Shown in pieces: positions 8,345-15,283 of a stretch of DNA of 15,283 bases. Origin of the DNA: Sulfurimonadaceae bacterium (GTDB lineage: Bacteria; Campylobacterota; Campylobacteria; Campylobacterales; Sulfurimonadaceae). The stretch is taken from positions 1 through 15,283 of the forward strand of contig JBFESZ010000045.1 of NCBI GenBank assembly GCA_041548245.1, given 5' to 3'. The position numbers were made by a program, and so were the translations under genes. Position 1 is the first letter of the stretch, and each line of letters starts with the position of its first letter. The notes beneath the pieces were generated by a model. It worked only from the letters and a program-made list of their open reading frames with translations. It was not told the origin of the DNA and searched no databases.

Positions 8345-8914
8345 ATGAAACACGGATTAGAAAAGTTTAACACTCTGGTCGAGGCCTTGGAGTCTCTACC
8401 GACAATCGGTAAAAAGTCAGCGACAAGAATGGCCTATCACATGGTGATGCAGGACAACTTTGCTGCGATGCGAATTGCGCATGCCATAGAGAATGCTTTG
8501 GGTAGCTTACGAAAATGCATGGAATGCGGTGGACTGTGTGAAGATGAGTTGTGCGGGATCTGTGCAGATGAGGGACGAAACAAAGAGTTGCTCTGTATCG
8601 TGGAAAATGCCAAGGACATACTAACTCTGGAAGAGGGTGGTGTCTTTGACGGAAGATACTTTGTCTTGGAGAACCTTGACCATTTTGACTCCACCCATTT
8701 AGTTGACCTGGTCAATTCGGGCGTGAAAGAGATCGTATTCGCTTTGACACCTTCCATCGCCAATGATGCGGTTATGTTGTTCATAGAAGACAAGTTGAGT
8801 CTGTGTGATGTGAGTTTTACACGAATAGCACAGGGTGTACCAACGGGTGTGAGTCTGGAGAATATCGATATCCTCTCATTGAGCAGAGCCCTTGAAGACA
8901 GGGTCAAAGTATGA
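8345..8914 (+). CDS. recR: Recombination mediator RecR
   Basis: HhH LPTIGKKSATR, C4 zinc finger CxxC...CxxC, Toprim LCIVE and TRIAQGVPTG. Starts 5 nt after the mltA stop. Confidence 0.97.
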   Translation: MKHGLEKFNTLVEALESLPTIGKKSATRMAYHMVMQDNFAAMRIAHAIENALGSLRKCMECGGLCEDELCGICADEGRNKELLCIVENAKDILTLEEGGVFDGRYFVLENLDHFDSTHLVDLVNSGVKEIVFALTPSIANDAVMLFIEDKLSLCDVSFTRIAQGVPTGVSLENIDILSLSRALEDRVKV

Positions 8915-8948
8915 GGCCAGGCGTTAAAGCACTATAAGCGTGTCTTTA

Positions 8949-9755
8949 CTAGTACTGAAAGCTCTCTTTCATTATTTTTTCAATCTCATCAAGCTCAAAG
9001 ATCCCCTTTGTAAAGTAATTGTTTGCAAGAACTCCCTGTCCAAGAAGCATATCCGCTCCATCCTTATAGGTAATACCCAGTTCTTTGCAAAGCTTTAAAA
9101 ACGGAGTCAGTTTTCCATAGATAGCATCAGCGGCATAGCTGCTTTGTGCAAGCAGTGCTTTAAGCAGTTCAAGGGGAGCAGGATAGTCCTCATCACTTAA
9201 TCCGGCAGAGGTCGTGTTGACAATCAGGTCATAAGTGGTGATCGCACAGGTGTCCCATGTGTAGGTCTGAAAACGGTTCTTTTTGAAATAAGAAAGGTTC
9301 CCTTCTGAACGGTTAAGTACAGAGACATCAAAGCCTTCAAGTTGAAATTTACGTCCCAAGGCTTTGGCTGTTCCGCCAGCACCAATGATCAAAACTTTTT
9401 TGACATTCTTAAAAGGTTCTATGGCAAACATGAATCCATCGGCATCAGTATTATAGCCGACCAGCTTTCCATTTTCGTTGATGAGTGTATTGACAACGCC
9501 TATCTCTTTTGCAAAACCACGGACTTCGTCACAGGCCTGATAAGCAGCTTCCTTATGAGGGACTGTGACATTTGCACCTTCAAGTTTCTGGGCAAAGAAA
9601 GTCTCTCTTAACTTATTGCCATCTTCAAGATGGATACGGGTATAGCAGGCTTTGAAGTGAAGGCGCTTGAATACATGGTTGTGCATCAATGGGGAACGTG
9701 AGTGAGTGACGGGATTGCCAAATATCGCAAAAAGTAGAGGTGTGTTTTTCATCAT
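8949..9755 (-). CDS. aroE: Shikimate dehydrogenase
   Basis: GNPVTHSRSP, NVTVPHK, VNT, NTD, GAGGTA, NRS and DGADMLLGQG motifs. The start could be 9752. Confidence 0.96.
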   Translation of the reverse strand: MMKNTPLLFAIFGNPVTHSRSPLMHNHVFKRLHFKACYTRIHLEDGNKLRETFFAQKLEGANVTVPHKEAAYQACDEVRGFAKEIGVVNTLINENGKLVGYNTDADGFMFAIEPFKNVKKVLIIGAGGTAKALGRKFQLEGFDVSVLNRSEGNLSYFKKNRFQTYTWDTCAITTYDLIVNTTSAGLSDEDYPAPLELLKALLAQSSYAADAIYGKLTPFLKLCKELGITYKDGADMLLGQGVLANNYFTKGIFELDEIEKIMKESFQY

Positions 9756-9778
9756 TATATCTTTAAAAGTTTAGGTGG

Positions 9779-9787
9779 ATTATAGCA
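9779..9787 (-). promoter_or_regulatory. Extended -10 promoter for aroE
   Basis: Perfect TGcTATAAT on the minus strand, 23 nt upstream of the ATG. Confidence 0.7.
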
Positions 9788-9806
9788 TCTTTGTTTTTTA
9801 AAGATG

Positions 9807-10175
9807 TTAGCTGAGAAGTTTGGCGATGCCTTCAACGGCAACAACTTTTCCATCTTTAAAAACAGGTCTTTCATATATGTTTAGATAATGCGAGTTATAC
9901 TCTTTATCGTAAACTTCAACCATATAAGGCGGTTGTTGTATTCCTTTGAGGCATTTTTGAGTGTATCTTATCATCTCTTTGTTGAGGGGATTTCCTGTAG
10001 CAAAATTTAAATAAAACTCATGAAATTCATCAGGGCCATAGCCTAAGAGATCAGTGACTTCGGGGCTGATGAAGGTAAAGACACCATCTATATCATGTAT
10101 ATAGGTATAAAAAGGGAGATCATCTTTTTGGATAAACTCTTTGAATATAGTTTCGAGCCGCTCTTTTGTGTCCAT
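9807..10175 (-). CDS. Stand-alone PAS domain protein
   Basis: YIHDIDGVFTFISPEVTDLLGYGPDEF and ERPVFKDGKVVAVEGIA are typical PAS/PAC strands. No output domain. Confidence 0.8.
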   Translation of the reverse strand: MDTKERLETIFKEFIQKDDLPFYTYIHDIDGVFTFISPEVTDLLGYGPDEFHEFYLNFATGNPLNKEMIRYTQKCLKGIQQPPYMVEVYDKEYNSHYLNIYERPVFKDGKVVAVEGIAKLLS

Positions 10176-10222
10176 GGCAAAGTTTATCCAGAACTCTTTT
10201 AGAAAATACTTATAGATTAAGC

Positions 10223-11629
10223 TTAGGCTTTCAAGTCATCCAGAGAACTCAGCAAGGCACCGAGTTTGTTTTTGACTTCAAGATATTCCAGCTCAGAAAC
10301 AGAATCAGCAACGACTCCGGCACCCGCTTGGAAAACGATACGGTCTTTTTGGATCATAGAGGTTCGTATAGTGATGGCTGAGTCCATGTTACCATCAAAT
10401 CCAAAGTAGCCGATGGCACCTGAGTAGAAACCTCGTTTGATTCCCTCATATTGAGCGATCAGTTGCATTGCTCTGATTTTTGGTGCACCAGTCATTGTCC
10501 CTGCGGTAAATGTTGCTGCAAAGAGGTCGAACATATCCTTGTCATCTTCAAGTTGTGCAATGACATCGGTGACCATATGCATAACGTGAGAATATCTTTC
10601 AATATGCATCATATCATGGACTTGTACGGTTCCTGTCTTTGCAACACGTGAGACATCATTACGTCCGAGATCAATCAGCATAAGGTGTTCGGCGCGCTCT
10701 TTAGGATCATTTAGGAGCTCCTCTTCCATCTCCATATCTTTGGCTATGGTCGCACCACGTTTACGGGTTCCTGCTATCGGGCGTAGCAACAGTTCAGCGT
10801 CATGAAGACGTACCATGACTTCAGGTGAACTACCAACAATAGAGAACTCTTCAAATTCAAGGAGGAACATATAAGGCGAAGGGTTTTTTGTACGAAGTAT
10901 GCGATAGAAACTAAAAGGATCGACCTGCGCATGCTCTGTATAACGGTTTGCCATAAGTATCTGAAAGACATCCCCACTTTTGATCATCTCTTTCGAATCA
11001 GCTACCATTTGGAAAAACTTCTCTTTTGAAAAGGCATACTCGCCTTTGGATGAAGATCTTACGGATTTTAAAGGAATATATTCATAAGCAGATTTGAGCT
11101 CAGTTTCGATCTTCTCAAACTCTTGAGCCATTGTCTGCATCGAACTGACTAATGTAAGCTGATGGGTTTTATGAGAGTATACAACAATCAGTTTAGGTCG
11201 AATAAGGTCAAGATCGGGTGTGTTAAGCTCATCTATCAAACTGTCCATAGTACTTTTCAATACAGGTTCAAAGACCTTTACCATATCATAACCGATGTAA
11301 CCGATAAAGCCATCGATATAGCCAATACCCAGCTCTTTACTTTTGGACCTGTATGCTGCCTGGTCGATCTTATTGTAGTAAGATTTTAAAAAAGAGAAGG
11401 GGTCCACATCAAGAGTCTGTGTGTTTGAATCAGCGTCTGTGTAACGGGTAATATTGTCTTTGTAAGTTAGGCGCTCCTGCGCACCTACAATGATAAAACT
11501 GTAGTTGCCTTCACTGTTTCCGGCACTTTCAAAGAGAAAGGATATTTCATCTTTAAAATATGATTTTAGTTTGGCATACACCGCAATGGGTGCAAATTGG
11601 TCGAGAGTAAATTGAGAAGAGTGTACCAA
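10223..11629 (-). CDS. trpE: Anthranilate synthase component I
   Basis: FLFES, NPSPYMF, GSSPE, PIAGT (TrpE-type rather than PabB PIKGT), ERAEHLMLIDLGRND, GAPKIRAM and QAGAGVVADS. TTG start with AGGA 8 nt upstream, inside the end of the SPOR gene. Confidence 0.9.
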   Translation of the reverse strand: MVHSSQFTLDQFAPIAVYAKLKSYFKDEISFLFESAGNSEGNYSFIIVGAQERLTYKDNITRYTDADSNTQTLDVDPFSFLKSYYNKIDQAAYRSKSKELGIGYIDGFIGYIGYDMVKVFEPVLKSTMDSLIDELNTPDLDLIRPKLIVVYSHKTHQLTLVSSMQTMAQEFEKIETELKSAYEYIPLKSVRSSSKGEYAFSKEKFFQMVADSKEMIKSGDVFQILMANRYTEHAQVDPFSFYRILRTKNPSPYMFLLEFEEFSIVGSSPEVMVRLHDAELLLRPIAGTRKRGATIAKDMEMEEELLNDPKERAEHLMLIDLGRNDVSRVAKTGTVQVHDMMHIERYSHVMHMVTDVIAQLEDDKDMFDLFAATFTAGTMTGAPKIRAMQLIAQYEGIKRGFYSGAIGYFGFDGNMDSAITIRTSMIQKDRIVFQAGAGVVADSVSELEYLEVKNKLGALLSSLDDLKA

Positions 11630-11632
11630 AAG

Positions 11633-12340
11633 TTATATCCTAGAAAGAAATGCACCAGGCTCGATTTTGGCACGGATATTTTGAATCTCGTTGCGAGCTG
11701 CTTTGTCAGTTGCATATGGCCCGACAAGAACCTTTGTCACCTCTTTGCCTGACACACTTACTTTGTGAAGTTTATAGGTATAACCGTTACTGGTGATCTT
11801 CTGCAAGAACTTCTTATCTGGAGCGTATCGCCCAAAAGATCCGACCTGTACGTAGTAGTTTCCTTTGACGGCAGGTTTGTGGACAGGTGTGACTGGCTTA
11901 GTGACGGTTTTGACCACTTTTTTAGGCTCTTGTTTGATCGGTTTTTCATATTTTGCAGGTACTACAACTTCAGTGGCTTCCTCGATGATAGGTTCATCAG
12001 GTCCGCTGATAATCTCGTTTTCACCCTCTGTGTTTTGGCTCTGCTCTTTGATCTTTTTTGCGACGTTGTCTAAACTCTCTTCTTCTGAGAGTCCCTCATC
12101 AATGGCAACTGGTTCAAAAAGAGGGTCTTCTTCAAGAGTAGGACTGGCTAAAGCATCTTTAGGAGGTTCAATAGGCTGTGGAAGGTTTGCTGTTCCACCA
12201 GAGTTAATACTGCTCATGATGACAACGACAATGATTAAAAGTATCGCTAATGAAGCGACTGCCAGCATGACTTTTTTCATTCCGCTATTGCCGCCACTGC
12301 GGTTTAGAATAATGTCATTTAATTCGTTTTTTTCTTCCAT
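11633..12340 (-). CDS. SPOR-domain cell division protein (DedD/FtsN-like)
   Basis: Short cytoplasmic N-terminus, one TM helix, acidic and Pro/Lys-rich linker, and a C-terminal SPOR domain (YYVQVGSF...KVLVGPY). AAGGA SD. Confidence 0.88.
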   Translation of the reverse strand: MEEKNELNDIILNRSGGNSGMKKVMLAVASLAILLIIVVVIMSSINSGGTANLPQPIEPPKDALASPTLEEDPLFEPVAIDEGLSEEESLDNVAKKIKEQSQNTEGENEIISGPDEPIIEEATEVVVPAKYEKPIKQEPKKVVKTVTKPVTPVHKPAVKGNYYVQVGSFGRYAPDKKFLQKITSNGYTYKLHKVSVSGKEVTKVLVGPYATDKAARNEIQNIRAKIEPGAFLSRI

Positions 12341-12393
12341 TGAAACATCCTTGAGTGCGAGTTATAAACATTAAAAGCAAGATTTATGCCTGA

Positions 12394-12411
12394 ATTATAA
12401 TTGTTATTATA
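12394..12411 (-). promoter_or_regulatory. Candidate -10 boxes for SPOR-trpE transcript
   Basis: Two TATAAT hexamers on the minus strand (12394-12399 and 12406-12411) in an AT-rich intergenic region. Confidence 0.4.
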
Positions 12412-12536
12412 CATAGTTTATATGCAAAATGAGAACGATTGGTGTTTAAAGTTTGTTTTTTTAGCTAAAAAGAAAGAGGGATAGTTTTGATGTAACACCC
12501 GATGGGATAGAATTTTGATTCATAAAGATTTCATAA

Positions 12537-14003
12537 TTATCCCGTATGCGACAGTAAAGGCCTGTTTACACTTCGTTGGGTCAGAGAAACCGGGTATTCC
12601 CGCTCTTCACAGAGTAAACGCGCATAGGTGTTTATATTTGTCTCATAGAGCTCTTTCACAAGAGGAAAGTCCCTTTTTTTATGCATGCTCTTATCGACAT
12701 ATCCCAAAGAGATCAACTGTTCAGTAATGGCATCAGCCATACTCAATACGGATGAGGCTTTTACAATTTCGCAACGTGCATAAGTCTCTGATTCAAAAGA
12801 GACACCGGCCGCTCGCAGGCTGGCATCATCACCGGGTATCTGCTGGGCACCATAGAGTGGTTTGGAGACCACTTTTGCATTGCTAAAAGAAGGGATGTAC
12901 TGTGACAGGTGATCAATAGCCAACTGAGAACGTCTCTTTGCTGCCTCTTTACTCCATCCTTTATCTATTTTTTCTAAAAATTTTGTTTGAAGCTGTGGCT
13001 GGGCACTTTTTGAAGAGCTCTTAACCAGACCATCATCAAAAAGAGTGATGGATTTTGTCATACCATGAAGCTGAAAATAACCGCCGGGATAGGGAGTGAA
13101 TTGTGCCATTCCTTTTGGTGTACCACGCTCTCCGTAAAAAACGATCTCGGGCCAAACATTTTCACAGGCTTCCCATTTAGTGACATAGGCTGCTTTGAAC
13201 TCGACCAGACGTTCACGTTTATAACCAAGCATGTCATCAATTTTGCCTGTTCGAAATCCGGCTGCATTGATGATAAAGTCAAAGCATTTCTCTTGTGTAC
13301 GGCCATTATGTTCATACTGTATAAGCCAAGAGTTTTCATCATCTTGTTGGTTGACATTCGTCACCTCATGCTCCAGCAGGATATGACAGTTCTTTTTTGT
13401 CTCAAGAGTAAGCTTTGCCGAGGAAGCCAGACGGAAAAGATTAAGGCCATACTCCTGCACCAGGATAAGTGGAAACTGGACTTTTTCAAAATCGATGTGT
13501 TTGGCAACAGGTATCATCCACTCATCCATGCATAAAGGCTGTTGAGGGGTCTCCCTACTTTTTAAGGCTTCAATCTCATGGCGCTCATACACTCTGAAGT
13601 AATCAGAACTCTCGCCTAAGACCTTATTCTTAGGGTCTTGTTTGATCAAGGCGGCATACTCATTTCGGAGCATATGCAAACGTGCGTAGAGCTCTTGCGG
13701 TTTTCCTTTGTCCTCTATGGGTACGGCGATGACTGTTGGGCGGTAATCAACAGCTTCAGGATAAAATCGTACCAGGTCGATAGACTCTTTAAGCAGGGTC
13801 AGGCACTGATCATCTGATATCTCTCTATAGAGATTTCCGCCTGCATGAAGATGGCAGATCGGTGGTCCGTTGACAAGGCTTTTCCCTTTTTCAAAAAGAG
13901 AGACGTCAAGACCGATCTCACTCAGATATAAAGCGATAGTCGATCCGGCGATTCCACCGCCGATAACGGCGATATTTGCCCTGTTTGATACTACGTTAGA
14001 CAT
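12537..14003 (-). CDS. FAD-dependent oxidoreductase of unknown substrate (DAO/GlpD/LhgO superfamily-like)
   Basis: N-terminal Rossmann motif IAVIGGGIAG...LFEK, HLHAGGNLY flavin-site segment and IINAAG. 488 aa, starting 6 nt after the gph stop. Confidence 0.85.
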   Translation of the reverse strand: MSNVVSNRANIAVIGGGIAGSTIALYLSEIGLDVSLFEKGKSLVNGPPICHLHAGGNLYREISDDQCLTLLKESIDLVRFYPEAVDYRPTVIAVPIEDKGKPQELYARLHMLRNEYAALIKQDPKNKVLGESSDYFRVYERHEIEALKSRETPQQPLCMDEWMIPVAKHIDFEKVQFPLILVQEYGLNLFRLASSAKLTLETKKNCHILLEHEVTNVNQQDDENSWLIQYEHNGRTQEKCFDFIINAAGFRTGKIDDMLGYKRERLVEFKAAYVTKWEACENVWPEIVFYGERGTPKGMAQFTPYPGGYFQLHGMTKSITLFDDGLVKSSSKSAQPQLQTKFLEKIDKGWSKEAAKRRSQLAIDHLSQYIPSFSNAKVVSKPLYGAQQIPGDDASLRAAGVSFESETYARCEIVKASSVLSMADAITEQLISLGYVDKSMHKKRDFPLVKELYETNINTYARLLCEEREYPVSLTQRSVNRPLLSHTG

Positions 14004-14009
14004 AGGAAT

Positions 14010-14690
14010 CTAGTTTTCCATCAGTGTCATGATCTCAGCAAAATCATCCACTACACTGTCCGGTTCATACAGGCTGATAGGCTCACCGTAGTTATAGCCA
14101 TAGCTTACACCTATGCTTTGCATATTGGCAGCATTGGCAGCGACGATATCGTTTTTTGAATCTCCAACCATGATACACTCTTCGACACTCAGGTTCAGAT
14201 ATTCACACGCATGCAATAATGGCATAGGATGGGGTTTGCGCTTTTCAAGACTGTCTCCGCCAATATAAAACTCAAAAAGATCTGCAAGTTGTAAACCTTC
14301 CAAAAGCGGTTGGACAAAATCATAGGGTTTGTTCGTGACCAGGGCAAGCCGATACTCTTTTGACTTCAGGTCTTTGAGTGTAGTTAAAACATTTGGGTAA
14401 GCCACGGTGTCCACACATAGGTTCTTCGCATAGAACTCTAAAAAGATGTCCAATGCTTCTGTGAAGAGTTGAGGTTCTATCTCTTCATCTATAATGCTGC
14501 TTCCTGAAAGTGCACGCTTGACGAGTGTCTGTGCCCCGTTGCCGACCCAAGAGCGTATGGTGTCGTGATCAAAGGTACCGCGTCCGAGTCTTTCAAGCAT
14601 ATGATTGACGGCTAAAGCCAAGTCAGGTGCACTGTCGACCAATGTGCCATCCAGGTCAAACAATATTGCTTTCTTATCGCTAAATTTCAA
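14010..14690 (-). CDS. gph: Phosphoglycolate phosphatase (HAD IA)
   Basis: FDLDGTLVDSAPDL, WVGNGA, VTNKP, KPHP, MVGDSKNDI and the Gph-typical YGYNYGEPI. TTG start with GGA upstream. Confidence 0.93.
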   Translation of the reverse strand: MKFSDKKAILFDLDGTLVDSAPDLALAVNHMLERLGRGTFDHDTIRSWVGNGAQTLVKRALSGSSIIDEEIEPQLFTEALDIFLEFYAKNLCVDTVAYPNVLTTLKDLKSKEYRLALVTNKPYDFVQPLLEGLQLADLFEFYIGGDSLEKRKPHPMPLLHACEYLNLSVEECIMVGDSKNDIVAANAANMQSIGVSYGYNYGEPISLYEPDSVVDDFAEIMTLMEN

Positions 14691-14716
14691 AGTTTAATCC
14701 GCCATATTAGATATTG

Positions 14717-14744
14717 AAATAATAATTATTTGTGGAACTATATC
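14717..14744 (-). promoter_or_regulatory. Putative gph promoter (-10 gaTATAGT, hexamer 14737-14742) with downstream 7-1-7 palindrome
   Basis: AAATAAT-A-ATTATTT at 14717-14731 overlaps the expected transcription start. Confidence 0.45.
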
Positions 14745-14845
14745 GTTTTTATCTAAAACAAAATTGTAGTGAAAGATTGGGTGTAAAATTTAAAAGTGCT
14801 CTAAATTCAAAAATTAAACAATATCAACAAGAAAAGAATAGCTGA

Positions 14846-15283
14846 TTATTGTTCGTCGTGAGTCATCTTCTGGTAGATGCCTAAGCCGATAACAAACATC
14901 ACAGCGGTTAAGAGTAAAAATGTTGGGTATACCAATAAGCTGATGTCCTTTTTTGCGGCAGAAAAAACGAATACCAAAGCCTCAAGTGAGACAGCAATAA
15001 TAATTATAATAAGAAACTTGATTAAAGTTGTTCTCTGTTTTTGACTTGTCTCTTCACTGGGGACCCTAAAGACTTCTTCTTCCATTAAAAATCTTGATAC
15101 ATCAAAAACTGCCGTTCCAATAACAATCAGACCGACTGCATTGAGGAGGGCTTTTGTAAGCAGCATTTGCTCATCTATAGACAACCAGATATTATAGACA
15201 GCAGAACCGATCATAGTAAGGCTGATAAGGCCCAATGCTAAGCTGATAAGTGCATATACGGTTCGACTGACTTTTTCAGTCAC
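14846..15283 (-). CDS. Four-TM hypothetical membrane protein (PsiE/YqhA-like topology), possibly 5' truncated
   Basis: Four hydrophobic helices with a charged MEEEV loop. The ORF reaches the window edge at a GTG, so the start is uncertain. Confidence 0.7.
   Translation of the reverse strand: MTEKVSRTVYALISLALGLISLTMIGSAVYNIWLSIDEQMLLTKALLNAVGLIVIGTAVFDVSRFLMEEEVFRVPSEETSQKQRTTLIKFLIIIIIAVSLEALVFVFSAAKKDISLLVYPTFLLLTAVMFVIGLGIYQKMTHDEQ

Noticed and set aside
8437..8907. 156-aa antisense ORF within recR
   Set aside because: Mirror-frame artefact with atypical Ser-rich composition.
10127..10192. Two DnaA-box-like 9-mers (TTATCCAAA, TTATCCAGA)
   Set aside because: Only two imperfect boxes, one inside a CDS, with no dnaA or unwinding-element context. 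Not an origin.
11765..12374. Antisense ORFs (169 aa and 102 aa) over the SPOR gene
   Set aside because: Expected shadow of a low-complexity linker, with no independent coding evidence.
12478..12519. Imperfect direct repeat GGGATAG(aa)TTTTGAT, two copies
   Set aside because: Only two short gapped copies, so neither a CRISPR array nor a recognisable IS end or target duplication.
13058..13535. ORFs overlapping the FAD oxidoreductase
   Set aside because: Antisense or off-frame shadows without motifs.
1..15283. Prophage, IS, CRISPR array, defence system, tRNA or rRNA
   Set aside because: No integrase, transposase, cas or defence-type ORF and no repeat-spacer array. Intergenic gaps are all about 210 bp or shorter and show no cloverleaf.

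Overview
Chromosomal, mostly housekeeping window from an AT-rich bacterium. The gene content, short AAGG/AGGA Shine-Dalgarno sites and TGnTATAAT/gnTAnAaT promoters point to free-living Campylobacterota (Sulfurimonas/Sulfurovum-like); this assignment is an inference. Gene order: degenerate thermonuclease-like exported protein (+, 5' truncated), small membrane protein (-), ppa (-), oadG-oadA-oadB Na+-translocating biotin decarboxylase operon (+) with terminator, PAS/degenerate-GGDEF protein (+), dnaJ (-), mltA-recR (+), then a minus-strand run (in coordinate order) of aroE, stand-alone PAS protein, trpE, SPOR protein, an uncharacterised FAD oxidoreductase, gph and a 4-TM membrane protein. I see no mobile element, CRISPR array, RNA gene or defence island, and I cannot support a wholly new system. 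The best leads are: a gph + orphan flavoenzyme operon under a Fur/PerR-type 7-1-7 palindrome; a catalytically dead GGDEF protein with an intact RxxD I-site; a possible internal start in oadA that would make a free biotin-carrier protein; several apparently leaderless genes; and nested inverted repeats in the dnaJ/mltA divergent promoter.
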